A stretch of DNA of 64,000 bases, from contig JAZNJA010000252.1 in the NCBI GenBank assembly GCA_045577755.1, positions 14,271-78,270 on the forward strand, in the 5' to 3' direction. The position numbers were made by a program, and so were the translations under genes. Below, in pieces: positions 23,335 to 32,713 of this stretch. Position 1 is the stretch's first letter. Each line of letters begins with the position of its first letter. The notes beneath the pieces are model-generated. The model did no database searches. It was not told where the DNA came from and worked only from the letters and a program-made list of their open reading frames with translations. Origin of the DNA: Eubacteriales bacterium. Its GTDB lineage: Bacteria; Bacillota; Clostridia; Oscillospirales; CAG-272.

Positions 23335-24192
23335 TTACTCGACGAAATCCTGATTGATCAGCTCGCTCGGATGGACGTCCTCGGGGATATCGGGGAAGAT
23401 AACCTGCTTCATGGCGCCCGTGGGACAGGCCTCGGCGCAGAGGCCGCAGCCCTTACACTTATCATAATCAATTTTCGCCAGATTATTCGTGACGGTGATG
23501 GCATCGTGGGGGCAGACCTTCTTGCACTTCATACAGCCGATGCAGGCGTTCTTACAGGCCTTACGGGCGTCGGCACCCTTATCGGTGTTGCTGCACATGA
23601 CGGCGGCCTCGGTCTCCTGGGGGATCATGGAGATGATGTGCTTGGGGCAGATGGTGGTGCAGAGACCGCAGCCCAGACAGCGGGAGGTGTCCACGTGGGC
23701 GATACCATCCTTCAGGCAGATGGCGTCGGCGGGACAGGCCTTGGCGCAATCCCCCAGACCCAGACAGCCGAAGCGGCAGGCGTCGGGACCGCCGTAGAGC
23801 ATGGAGGCGGCCTTACAGGTGGTGATGCCCTCGTAGGCGGCCTTCTTGGTGGTGGCCTCGCAGTTTCCGTTGCAGTGGACGTAGGCCACCACGTCCTCGG
23901 GGGCCTCGACCTCAATACCCAGGATCTCCCCCAGCTCCTTGGCGGTAGCCTCAGCGCCGGGAACGCAGAGATTGGGCTTGGCGGAGCCGTCGGCCACGGC
24001 GGCGGCGTAATCGTCACAGCCCTTGTAGCCGCAGGCGCCGCAGTTGACACCGGGGAGGCAGGCGCGGACGGCCTTGACCTTTTCGTCCTCCGGGACGGCG
24101 AAGAAGTGGGAGATGAGGGCCAGCAGGACGCCCAGGATCAGGGCGACACCCGCGACCACGCCAAAGGCGACGAGAATACTCATGAAATCCAT
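23335..24192 (-). CDS. rnfB: Rnf complex subunit B (polyferredoxin)
   Basis: N-terminal TM helix, CxxCxxxC-type N-terminal cluster (CGACGYKGC) and several CxxCxxCxxxCP 4Fe-4S motifs. Position after rnfA. Confidence 0.92.
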   Translation of the reverse strand: MDFMSILVAFGVVAGVALILGVLLALISHFFAVPEDEKVKAVRACLPGVNCGACGYKGCDDYAAAVADGSAKPNLCVPGAEATAKELGEILGIEVEAPEDVVAYVHCNGNCEATTKKAAYEGITTCKAASMLYGGPDACRFGCLGLGDCAKACPADAICLKDGIAHVDTSRCLGCGLCTTICPKHIISMIPQETEAAVMCSNTDKGADARKACKNACIGCMKCKKVCPHDAITVTNNLAKIDYDKCKGCGLCAEACPTGAMKQVIFPDIPEDVHPSELINQDFVE

Positions 24193-24207
24193 AGTCTCGG
24201 CACCTCC

Positions 24208-24807
24208 TTACGCGAAGATCGCGTCCACGATCCCCGCAAAGCCCATGAAGGCCAGGGAGATGAAGGAGGCGGCGATGAGGGTAACGGCCAGGCCGCGGAA
24301 GGGTCTCGGAATATTGGTCTCATCAATGCGGGAGCGCAGACCCGAGAACAGGACCATGGCCAGAAGGAAGCCCAGTCCCACGCCCAGGGAGCTGACCAAA
24401 GACTCGATGAAGCTGTAGCCGTCGGTGATGTTGTTGATGGCCACGCCCAGGACGGCGCAGTTGGTGGTGATCAGGGGCAGGTACACGCCCAGGCCCTTGT
24501 GCAGGGAGGGAGAGAACTTCTTCAGGAGCAGCTCCAGCATCTGCACCAGGGAGGCGATGACCAGGATGAAGACGATGGTCTGCATATAGCCCAGGCCCAC
24601 CTTATCCAGCAGGAAGTACTGGATGGGCCAGGTCACGGCGGTGGCCAGGAGCATGACGGCGGTGACCGCAATACCCATGCCGGTGGCCTGATCCAGCTTC
24701 TTGGAGACGCCCAGGAAGGGGCAGATGCCCAGGAAGCGGGCCAGGACGTAGTTATTGACCAGGACCGAGGAGAGCAGGATCACGATGAGGGACTTGAACA
24801 TTTCCAT
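24208..24807 (-). CDS. rnfA: Rnf complex subunit A
   Basis: Polytopic; VLVNNYVLARFLGICPFLGVS is a characteristic RnfA/NqrE N-terminus. One-nt overlap with the rnfE stop. Confidence 0.93.
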   Translation of the reverse strand: MEMFKSLIVILLSSVLVNNYVLARFLGICPFLGVSKKLDQATGMGIAVTAVMLLATAVTWPIQYFLLDKVGLGYMQTIVFILVIASLVQMLELLLKKFSPSLHKGLGVYLPLITTNCAVLGVAINNITDGYSFIESLVSSLGVGLGFLLAMVLFSGLRSRIDETNIPRPFRGLAVTLIAASFISLAFMGFAGIVDAIFA

Positions 24808-25523
24808 TACTGTGCATCTCCTTTCTCGGTGGATTCAGCGGCGGCGGGAGCCTCTTCGCAGCTGCCGGTCTGGCAGAGGGCGGCGTTGGGACAGCCCGCG
24901 CAGGAGAAGGACTTCTTCAGGGGAGCCTTGCCGCTGGTGATGGCGTAGACCAGGGCGATGAGCATACCGTAGACCAGCATACCGCCGGGGGCCTTGACCA
25001 GGAAGGCGATCTTGAATGGCTCCAGGGCGGGGATGGCGATCCCGGCGAAGGAGGCGTTGCCCAGGACCTCGCGGATAGTGGACATGGCCACCAGAGCCAG
25101 GGTGAAGCCGATGCCCATGCCGATGCCGTCCAGGGCGGACTTGCCCACGGAGTTCTTGCCCGCGAACATCTCTGCGCGGCCCAGGATGATGCAGTTGACC
25201 GTGATCAGGGGGAGGTAGACGCCGAGCATATCGTAAAGGGCGGGGAGATAGGCCTGGACGATCATCTGGACGATGGTGACGAAGCCCGCGATGACCACGA
25301 TATAGCAGGGGATGCGGACGCTGTCGGGGATGATCTTGCGGAGCAGGGAGATGAGGATGTTGGAGCAGACCAGCACCGCCAGAGCGGCGATGCCCATGCC
25401 GAAAGCACCCGCCACGTTGGTGGTGGTAGCCAGGGTCGGACAGGTACCCAGGATCAGGACGAACACGGGGTTCTCCTTGAGGATGCCCTTCCAGAGGACG
25501 GACAAGCAGCTATTCTTTTTCAT
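24807..25523 (-). CDS. rnfE: Rnf complex subunit E, with Cys-rich C-terminal tail
   Basis: NPVFVLILGTCPTLATT motif, polytopic. C-terminal SCAGCPNAALCQTGSCEE extension. Confidence 0.92.
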   Translation of the reverse strand: MKKNSCLSVLWKGILKENPVFVLILGTCPTLATTTNVAGAFGMGIAALAVLVCSNILISLLRKIIPDSVRIPCYIVVIAGFVTIVQMIVQAYLPALYDMLGVYLPLITVNCIILGRAEMFAGKNSVGKSALDGIGMGIGFTLALVAMSTIREVLGNASFAGIAIPALEPFKIAFLVKAPGGMLVYGMLIALVYAITSGKAPLKKSFSCAGCPNAALCQTGSCEEAPAAAESTEKGDAQ

Positions 25524-26698
25524 CAGTTGCTTCCTCCTTTCAGGGTGTTCAGGGCCTCGAAGGCTCGCTCGATGGCCTTCAGGTAGCCGTTGGTGGTGAG
25601 GGTCGCGCCCGCGATGGCGTCGACGTCCTTGTAGTCGGACTCGGTCTTGCCGTTAAACTGGCTGTAATAGGCTTCGTCGCCACAAAAAGCTCCGTATCCT
25701 CCGCTTTCCTCCTGAGAAACCGTGAGACACTTCAGTATTTTTCCATCGGGAGAAAGTAACACGCAAATTTCAATGGGGATTTCTTTGCCGGGCTGATACA
25801 TACTCTCGTCGCCGAAATAGGCAAAGCCGAGACCGTTGACGTTGATGAGATAGTTCCCGTCGGCGGTCATCTGGACTCTGGTAACATTCTTATTGATTCC
25901 GGTGTCGGTGGTATCCAGTGTAGTCTGAGACAAAGCAAGAGCGGCCTTGCTCTGAGCAAGGGTTGCATCCTCAGCAGACACGCCCTCCACCGTCACGTTG
26001 CATTCAGCATCCATGCCAATGAAACGATCCTCAATCACGTAGACGTATCCTGTACCGTTATCAGCCGCGTAGATAAAGTCAAAGTTGTTGTCGGCATCAG
26101 CGATGAAGAGCTTGGTGAACTTACCCTCACCGGCAGGCAGGGCGGCGGAGAGGTTATCGTTCAGGATCTGGGCGGGATCACGGAGATCCACCGAGCCGCC
26201 GCCCAGGATGATGGCGGTGTTCAGGGCGTCCTTGACAGCGTTCTTGTAGGCCTGGGTGGTCTTGGTGGCGCCCGAAACCGTGTCGGTGGCGTCCACGCCG
26301 GCGGCGTCCTTACCGATGAAATTGGCTCCGAAGGTCTTCTCGTAGCCCAGGGTTTCGGTGGAGGCGAGGCAGACGGTACCCGTGACGGTGCCGTCGGCGG
26401 ACACGCCGCACATGATGACAAAGCCTGAGCCGTAGCCCGTGGTGGTAAGGGTGACGACGTATCCGCCGTTCTTCTCCTTGTAGACCTCGGTTACCGTGGC
26501 GGGAAGCTCGTAGGAGGAGAGATCCATCTTCTCAAAGCTCTCACCCTCGGGCATGACCTGCAGGAGCGCCTCGTTGGCGGCGGCCTCCTGGTTCTTTTGG
26601 ATGATGGGAGCGGTGATGGAGTTGGTAAGGGCCAGCAGGATGGCTATGACGGCGCAGATGGAGACCAGCACGAGGGTGCTTGTTACAGACTTTTTCAT
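25523..26698 (-). CDS. rnfG: Rnf complex subunit G, duplicated (two FMN_bind domains)
   Basis: N-terminal TM anchor. Two flavinylation-type motifs, DTVSGATKTT (about aa 160) and DAIAGATLTT (about aa 370). About twice the usual RnfG length. Confidence 0.88.
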   Translation of the reverse strand: MKKSVTSTLVLVSICAVIAILLALTNSITAPIIQKNQEAAANEALLQVMPEGESFEKMDLSSYELPATVTEVYKEKNGGYVVTLTTTGYGSGFVIMCGVSADGTVTGTVCLASTETLGYEKTFGANFIGKDAAGVDATDTVSGATKTTQAYKNAVKDALNTAIILGGGSVDLRDPAQILNDNLSAALPAGEGKFTKLFIADADNNFDFIYAADNGTGYVYVIEDRFIGMDAECNVTVEGVSAEDATLAQSKAALALSQTTLDTTDTGINKNVTRVQMTADGNYLINVNGLGFAYFGDESMYQPGKEIPIEICVLLSPDGKILKCLTVSQEESGGYGAFCGDEAYYSQFNGKTESDYKDVDAIAGATLTTNGYLKAIERAFEALNTLKGGSN

Positions 26699-27621
26699 GC
26701 TTTCTTACCTCCTACTCCGAATACCTTATGCTTTGTCCAGGAGCTGATGAAGGGCGTGATGATATTCATGAATAGGATGGCGAAGGAGACACCCTCGGGA
26801 TACACGCCGAAGTAGCGGATGAGGAAGGTGATCAGACCCGCGCCGATACCGAAAATGATCTTGCCCCAGGGGGTGGCGGGGGAGGTCACGTAGTCGGTTG
26901 CCATGAAGATAGCGCCGATGAGCAGACCGCCCGACAGAATAGCCGCCAGGGCGGTGGTGGCCTCCATGCCCTCCATGAAAAGGGAGGTCAGGAATACGGT
27001 ACCGATGAAGGCCACGGGGATGTGCCACGTGATGACGCGGCGGACAATGAGGTAGATACCGCCCAGCAGCAGGGCAACGGCGCAGACCTCACCGATGGCA
27101 CCGCCGTGGAGACCCAGGAGCAGGTCGGTCAGGGGAGTGGCCGTCTCGGAGGCCAGGGGAGTAGCGGAGGAGGCGGTATCCACGACCGTGGGGAATGCGG
27201 CCTGTGCCATGGCGCCAAAGGCCACCAGCATGAAGACGCGGGCGGTGATGGCGGGGTTGACGGGGTTTGCGCCTAAGCCTCCGAAGAGGCACTTGACCAC
27301 CACGATGGCGAAGAGGGCACCCACCACGCATTGCCACAGAGGAATATTGGCGGGGAGATTCAGAGCCAGGAGCAGACCCGTGACGGCGGCGGAAAGGTCG
27401 CCCACGGTGACAGGCTTCTTGCGGATGAGGCAGAACAGGGCCTCAAAGCCCACGCAGGAAAGGACGGTCACCGCCACCACCAGAAGGGCACGGAGGCCAA
27501 AGATCACGATACCCGCTACGGTCGTGGGGAGCAGAGCGATCAGCACGTCCAGCATAATGCGGCGGGTGCTTCTGCCGCTGTGGATGTGAGGGGATACGGC
27601 GAGCTTCAGGGGTTGATTCAT
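26695..27621 (-). CDS. rnfD: Rnf complex subunit D
   Basis: Track ORF trimmed to ATG 27619-27621 (MNQPLKLAVSPHIH...), which overlaps the rnfC TGA (ATGA). Polytopic. SSATPL flavinylation-type site and FMATDYVTSP motif. Confidence 0.92.
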   Translation of the reverse strand: MNQPLKLAVSPHIHSGRSTRRIMLDVLIALLPTTVAGIVIFGLRALLVVAVTVLSCVGFEALFCLIRKKPVTVGDLSAAVTGLLLALNLPANIPLWQCVVGALFAIVVVKCLFGGLGANPVNPAITARVFMLVAFGAMAQAAFPTVVDTASSATPLASETATPLTDLLLGLHGGAIGEVCAVALLLGGIYLIVRRVITWHIPVAFIGTVFLTSLFMEGMEATTALAAILSGGLLIGAIFMATDYVTSPATPWGKIIFGIGAGLITFLIRYFGVYPEGVSFAILFMNIITPFISSWTKHKVFGVGGKKA

Positions 27622-28940
27622 GACTTGCTTCCCTCCTTTGCTTTCTCTTCTTTCAGGAACACCTTTGCCAGCTTGTTGGTCTGGACCAGGGGTCTGTTGG
27701 CGGGGCAGACGAAGCTGCAACAGCCGCATTCCATGCAGGCGTTGACCGACAGCTCCTCCAGCTTGGCGGCGTCCTTTTTGTCATAGGCGCGGGCGATGGC
27801 CGCCGGGGCGAGGCCGAAGGGACAGGTGTTGGTACAGGAGCCGCAACGGATGCAGTTGGTGGTCGTCGGGAGCTTGGTCTCCTTGGCGGTGAGGGCCAGG
27901 ATAGCGTTGGTGTTCTTGAGGATGGGGGCACCGATATCGGGAACCGTGATGCCCATCATGGGGCCTCCGTACAGCACCTTGTCGGGATCCTCGGTGAGTC
28001 CGCCGCAGAAGTCAAAGACGGCGGACAGGGGAGTACCGATGGGGACGATGACGTTTTTCGGCTCCTTGACCGCTCCGCCGTCCACGGTGACGCACTTTTG
28101 CACCAGAGGCATACCCGTGGCGAGATACTCGCCGATGGCGGCCAGGGTGGTGCAGTTGACCACCACACAGCCCACGTCAATGGGGAGCTTGCCTACGGGC
28201 ACGGTACGGCCCACGGTGTGGTAGATCAGCACCTTCTCGCCGCCCTGGGGGTAGACGGCGGGGAGAGATTTAACGGTGAAGGTACAGCCCTCGCAGGTCT
28301 CCTTCATGAGCTGTCTCATGGAGGCGATGGCTTCCTTTTTATTGTTCTCGATGCCAATGACGATGTTCTTGATCCCGAAGTACTTCTTCATGGCCTCCAG
28401 CGCCCGCTTCATATCCTCCGTGCGATCCAGCATGGTGCGGGTATCCGAGGTGATGTAGGGCTCGCACTCGGCGCCGTTGACGATGAGGTACTCAATGCGG
28501 TCAGTATCCACGTTGAACTTGACGTGGGTGGGGAAGCCCGCACCGCCCAGGCCTACGACGCCGCTCTGCTTGATAGCCTCCAGGAGGGACTCGCGGGAGT
28601 CCACCGCGGGGGGAATCAAGGCGGGATCGGGGGTCATGAGGCCGTCGGACTCAATGACCACGGCAGGGACGGTCTGACCGCTTGACAGAAGACAGTCAGC
28701 GATCTTGGTGACCTTGCCCGAAACCGAAGCGTGGATGGGTGCGGAAACGAATCCGCCTGCCTCCGCGATGAGGGTACCCACCGACACGAGATCCCCCACC
28801 TTGACGCAGGGCTTGGCGGGCGCGCCGATGTGCATGGACATGGGGATGGTGACCGTCTTAGGGGGCGTCATGACCACGGGCGGCATATTTCGGGTATTTT
28901 TTCTGTGGGGCACGTGTACCCCGTGAAGAGAAAACGCCAT
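27618..28940 (-). CDS. rnfC: Rnf complex subunit C
   Basis: GLGGAGFPTHVK nucleotide-binding motif. Two C-terminal CxxCxxCxxxCP ferredoxin motifs (CIRCGSCTNTCP, CMECGCCSFVCP). First gene behind a perfect promoter. Confidence 0.93.
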   Translation of the reverse strand: MAFSLHGVHVPHRKNTRNMPPVVMTPPKTVTIPMSMHIGAPAKPCVKVGDLVSVGTLIAEAGGFVSAPIHASVSGKVTKIADCLLSSGQTVPAVVIESDGLMTPDPALIPPAVDSRESLLEAIKQSGVVGLGGAGFPTHVKFNVDTDRIEYLIVNGAECEPYITSDTRTMLDRTEDMKRALEAMKKYFGIKNIVIGIENNKKEAIASMRQLMKETCEGCTFTVKSLPAVYPQGGEKVLIYHTVGRTVPVGKLPIDVGCVVVNCTTLAAIGEYLATGMPLVQKCVTVDGGAVKEPKNVIVPIGTPLSAVFDFCGGLTEDPDKVLYGGPMMGITVPDIGAPILKNTNAILALTAKETKLPTTTNCIRCGSCTNTCPFGLAPAAIARAYDKKDAAKLEELSVNACMECGCCSFVCPANRPLVQTNKLAKVFLKEEKAKEGSKS

Positions 28941-29040
28941 TTGTATCTACCTTTCTGCATAAGACCGTACCGAGGCACGGTCGGAAGCACCGTCACGATT
29001 CCTGAGGCTCTTCCGTTTTTGCGCATGAATATTCTTATAC

Positions 29041-29069
29041 ATTATACATGAAAAACGCTTTTTTGTCAA
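29041..29069 (-). promoter_or_regulatory. SigA-type promoter, rnf operon
   Basis: Minus strand: TTGACA (29064-29069), 17 nt, TATAAT (29041-29046). About 95-nt leader to the rnfC ATG at 28940. Confidence 0.8.
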
Positions 29070-29169
29070 TGGGATTCGGCAAAATATCGAGATATTTCAA
29101 TGGATGCGCATCCATTTTCGGGTATTTTTCTTAAAACCGCAACAGGAGGGATCACTTCCCTTCTCCACC

Positions 29170-29201
29170 AAAAAAGAGGTGTCACACAGGCGTGACACCT
29201 C
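29170..29201 (-). terminator. Intrinsic terminator of fucI
   Basis: Stem GAGGTGTCAC / GTGACACCTC (29176-29185 / 29192-29201) followed on the minus strand by TTTTTT (29170-29175). Confidence 0.85.
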
Positions 29202-29214
29202 TGAAGGGATACGA

Positions 29215-31047
29215 TCAGTTCTTATAGAGAGGGCCGTAGGTAGCGCAGGCTCTGTAGTCCTGGCCCTCCTTGTCCATGCCGAAGGCGTTCCAGCAGGCGG
29301 GACGGTAGATGTCCTCCTCGGGGACGTTGTGCATACAGACGGGGATACGGAGCATGGAGCACATGGTGATGAGGTCGGCGCCGATGTGGCCGTAGGAGAT
29401 GGCACCGTGGTTGGCACCCCAGTTCATCATGACCTCGTAGGCGGTCTTGAAGGGGGATCCCTCCTTGCCGTCACAGCGGGGGGCGAACCAGGTACAGGGC
29501 CAGGTGGGGTTGGTGCGCTCCATGAGCTTGTCCGAGACCTCGTCGGGGAGTCTCACCGTCCAGCCCTCGGCAATCTGGAGGACGGGGCCAAGACCCTTGA
29601 CCAGATTGAGGCGGATCATGGTGCAAGGCATTTCTGCCTTGGTGGTATAGTGGCTGGAGAAGCCGCCGCCGCGGAAGTTGTCGAAGCCCGCCTCGCACCA
29701 CACGGTGGCCGCGGTCATCTTCTCGATGTCCTCCTCGGTAACCTCCCACCAGCGCTTCATGATCGCGTTGCCCTCCTCGTCGGTGCACTCACCGCAGGCA
29801 TCCAGGCAGGCGGCGCCCGAGTTGAGCAGGTGGATGATACCGTCGGACTCGGCGGCCTTGCCCTCGAGCTTGTAGCCCGTGACCCGCTCGGTGGCCTCCC
29901 CCGACCAGTAGGTACGGACGTCGGCGAAGATCTGGGCGCGGTGGGTCAGCAGGCGCATCATGAGCATACCCATGCCGTTGAGGATGTCGTTCTCGGTGGC
30001 CAGGGTGTAGGGCTCGCGGGCACCCTGATAGTCGAAGGTGGAGGACAGCAGAGCCTCGGGGTAGTCGCAGTTGGGCCAATGGTCGGTCCACTGTCTCTGG
30101 CCCTGGAAGCCGCCCGCGATGGCGTTGTGGCCCACGCGCTCCTCCACGAAGGCGTCGGGGAGGTCGGGGTTGCCCGCCATGAGGTCCTTGATGATGCAGT
30201 ACATCTTGACGGTAAACTCCCACTGCTTCTCCTTTTCCTCATCGGTGAACTTGATCTTTCGATCCTCACCGAGGAACTGCACCGACTCGGGGTTATCGTC
30301 GCGGCCCTCCTTGCAGTGGGCTTTCGTCCATGCCAGAGCCTTTTGGTACTCCTCCTCGTTGTAAATGCCCTCCTCCATGCGGCGGAGGATCTCCACTTCA
30401 TCCACGGACTCCACACGCATACCGAAGTACTCCTCCATCATATCCTGATCCATGATGGAGCCGGCGATGCCCATGCACTGGGAGCCGATCTGGAGGTAGG
30501 ACTTGCCCTTCATGGTGGCCACGGCCAGAGCGGCGCGGCCGAAGCGGAGGAGCTTTTCCTTGACGTCTTCGGGGATATCGGTGATCTGATCCAGATCCTG
30601 CACCTCGTGGCCGTAGATGCCGAAGGCAGGGAGCCCCTTCTGTGCGTGGCCGGCCAGGACGGCGGCGAGGTAGACAGCACCGGGACGCTCGGTGCCGTTA
30701 AAGCCCCAGACGCCCTTGATGGTATGGGGATCCATGTCCATGGTCTCGGAGCCGTAGCACCAGCAGGGGGTCACCGACAGGGTGATGCTGACACCCTCGC
30801 GGCGGAACTTGTCGGCGCAAGCGGCGGTCTCGGGGACGCGGCCGATGCAGGTGTCGGCCATGACCACCTTCACGGGCTCGCCGTTGGAATAGTAGAGATT
30901 CTCCTCAAAGAGCTTCTTGGCGGCCTCGGCCATAGCCCAGACCTGGGGCTCCAGAGACTCGCGGAGCTGCATGGGGCCGCGGCGGCCGTCCACGATGGGG
31001 CGGATTCCGATGACGGGATATTGACCGACGTAACGGTTGGTTGCCAT
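29215..31047 (-). CDS. fucI: L-fucose isomerase
   Basis: End-to-end similarity, from memory, to E. coli FucI. Shared segments include [91 protein letters not shown]. Confidence 0.95.
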   Translation of the reverse strand: MATNRYVGQYPVIGIRPIVDGRRGPMQLRESLEPQVWAMAEAAKKLFEENLYYSNGEPVKVVMADTCIGRVPETAACADKFRREGVSITLSVTPCWCYGSETMDMDPHTIKGVWGFNGTERPGAVYLAAVLAGHAQKGLPAFGIYGHEVQDLDQITDIPEDVKEKLLRFGRAALAVATMKGKSYLQIGSQCMGIAGSIMDQDMMEEYFGMRVESVDEVEILRRMEEGIYNEEEYQKALAWTKAHCKEGRDDNPESVQFLGEDRKIKFTDEEKEKQWEFTVKMYCIIKDLMAGNPDLPDAFVEERVGHNAIAGGFQGQRQWTDHWPNCDYPEALLSSTFDYQGAREPYTLATENDILNGMGMLMMRLLTHRAQIFADVRTYWSGEATERVTGYKLEGKAAESDGIIHLLNSGAACLDACGECTDEEGNAIMKRWWEVTEEDIEKMTAATVWCEAGFDNFRGGGFSSHYTTKAEMPCTMIRLNLVKGLGPVLQIAEGWTVRLPDEVSDKLMERTNPTWPCTWFAPRCDGKEGSPFKTAYEVMMNWGANHGAISYGHIGADLITMCSMLRIPVCMHNVPEEDIYRPACWNAFGMDKEGQDYRACATYGPLYKN

Positions 31048-31082
31048 AATGATACCTCCGTAATGTTGAATACAGTAGCTTT

Positions 31083-31111
31083 ATTATACCATATGTCTTC
31101 ATGTTTTGCAA
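31083..31111 (-). promoter_or_regulatory. SigA-type promoter, fucI
   Basis: Minus strand: TTGCAA (31106-31111), 17 nt, TATAAT (31083-31088). Confidence 0.6.
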
Positions 31112-31190
31112 GGGGGCAGAATGAATTTCGGATATCTTTCACAAAAAGCTGTTGCGGGCCTTCTACGGAAATCCTGATCCTCAACGGCGC

Positions 31191-31222
31191 AAAGGGCATA
31201 CCGCACAAGCGGTATGCCCTTT
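31191..31222 (-). terminator. Strong hairpin after the lipoprotein gene (terminator-like, poor U-tract on the gene strand)
   Basis: Perfect 14-bp stem AAAGGGCATACCGC / GCGGTATGCCCTTT (31191-31204 / 31209-31222), 11 nt after the stop at 31233. The T-run lies on the plus-strand side only. Confidence 0.5.
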
Positions 31223-31232
31223 GGGGATTTTT

Positions 31233-32681
31233 TCACTCGGTGAAGCCGGCCAAAAGGAGGTACATATAGCTTCCGAAGGCGGATTCCTCCACCAGCTCGA
31301 TCTTGCAGTAGGTCGCGCGGACGTAGGTTCCCTCGGCGGGATAGCCCTCGCCCTTAGCGGATTCGGGGATCTGGAAGGAGAGGACCGTGGTATAGTCCTC
31401 CTCCTCGGCACCGGGACGGCGGAGGGAGATCAGACCCTCCAGGGCTCCCACGTGGGCGGGGAGGGTGGCGGTCTCCTCGTCCACCACGTAGGTATCGATG
31501 AGGTATCCCTCCACGTGGATCAGCACGCCGCTTTCCGTAAATTCATCGGCATGGTCGTAGATATAGAGGATCTGCCGCTCTCGGAGGGCGGGATCCGTTG
31601 AGAGGGTCACGCAGTTCTCCGCATCGGGTACAAGATCCAGCATATCGGCGGTCTCCATGCCGAAGATCACCCGCCAGTCCTCCTCGGCATAGCTGTCTGC
31701 ATCGGCGGGAGGGGTAACGGTCTGTCCACCCACCTTGACCGAGAAGCTTCCCTTGATCTGCAGGTCGCTCTTGGTGTTCACACCCTCTGCGGTCTCCTCC
31801 ATGGACAAGGTGATATCCACGGCGGTGGAGGTGAGGGTGCCGTTCTTATCGAAGATGAAGGTGACCTTCATGGTCTCCTCGTTCAGACCCGTCAGAAGCC
31901 CGATGACCTCGGCCAGGGTAGCGGCAGGATCGGTGATCAGCTCACCGCTTTCGTCCCACTCGCCGCCTCCCACCAGTCCCATGCTCTCCAGCATGGGCTG
32001 AAGCAGGGGGGCGAGATCGGTTGAGAGCCGTGTGTTGAAGCCCTTCCCCGTGATGAGGAGCTCCCCGCTCGTGCTGTCAACCTCGGACGTCACCAAGGCG
32101 AAAAGCTCCGAGGGCTTCAGATCCGCGATACCGGGAAGCTCGGGGACGGCGGGTTCCTCCTCTCCGCCCGTCTCACCGAGACCGAACAACAGGGTGGCAA
32201 CCTCCCCGAATTCCTCGGGGGTCATGGGGGAGCGGAGCTTGCTCAGCTCATCGACGTCCTCTAAGGAGGTCATGTAGAGCATACCGTCACAGTAGGTCAG
32301 CTCGGCGGCGGAGCCCAGAAGATTCCCGTTGACGTACAGGCGCTCCCCATCCATGACCAGGGTGATCTTGACGGGCAGGGTGGTCGTGCTCTGCATACCG
32401 TCCATGGTCATGCAGACGATCATGTTGACATCCACGTCGATCTTCCCGTTCTCCATGTCGGAGGGATCCGAGGGGGTCTCGGTATCCTGTAAGGCCATGA
32501 GCTGATCCAGGGCCTCGGCGGCGGGAAGGTCAGCCCAATCTTTCTTTTCTTCGGTCTCCGCGGCGGTTACGGTCTCGGTATCCGAGTCCGCGGAGGGTTT
32601 CTTGTCCCGCTCACAGCCCACAGCCGTGAGCATGACGGCCATCAGGAGCAGTAGGGCAAGGAGGGTACTGATTCTTTTCAT
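31233..32681 (-). CDS. Secreted lipoprotein, fourth member of the paralog family seen at 1-3423 (weaker similarity)
   Basis: Track ORF trimmed to ATG 32679-32681 (MKRISTLLALLLLMAVMLTAVGC lipobox) behind an AAAGGAAA RBS. Lies 32 nt downstream of the anti-sigma gene. Layout resembles the tandem lipoproteins (helical N-region, then beta-rich with LTYCDGMLYM in place of GYADGY). Confidence 0.7.
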   Translation of the reverse strand: MKRISTLLALLLLMAVMLTAVGCERDKKPSADSDTETVTAAETEEKKDWADLPAAEALDQLMALQDTETPSDPSDMENGKIDVDVNMIVCMTMDGMQSTTTLPVKITLVMDGERLYVNGNLLGSAAELTYCDGMLYMTSLEDVDELSKLRSPMTPEEFGEVATLLFGLGETGGEEEPAVPELPGIADLKPSELFALVTSEVDSTSGELLITGKGFNTRLSTDLAPLLQPMLESMGLVGGGEWDESGELITDPAATLAEVIGLLTGLNEETMKVTFIFDKNGTLTSTAVDITLSMEETAEGVNTKSDLQIKGSFSVKVGGQTVTPPADADSYAEEDWRVIFGMETADMLDLVPDAENCVTLSTDPALRERQILYIYDHADEFTESGVLIHVEGYLIDTYVVDEETATLPAHVGALEGLISLRRPGAEEEDYTTVLSFQIPESAKGEGYPAEGTYVRATYCKIELVEESAFGSYMYLLLAGFTE

Positions 32682-32713
32682 AACGGTGTTTTTCCTTTCT
32701 TGGGTAGGTTGCT

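Noticed and set aside
23371-24948. 525-aa plus-strand ORF across rnfB/rnfA/rnfE, and the similar 721-aa ORF at 29104-31269 across fucI
   Set aside because: Both lie opposite genes with unambiguous family identity (Rnf subunits, FucI). Their composition is typical of antisense frames in GC-rich DNA.
31191-31222. Reading the 14-bp hairpin as a plus-strand terminator because its T-run is on the plus side
   Set aside because: No plus-strand gene ends upstream of it. It sits 11 nt after a minus-strand stop and just before the fucI promoter. I therefore kept it as a terminator-like hairpin for the minus-strand lipoprotein gene, at reduced confidence.
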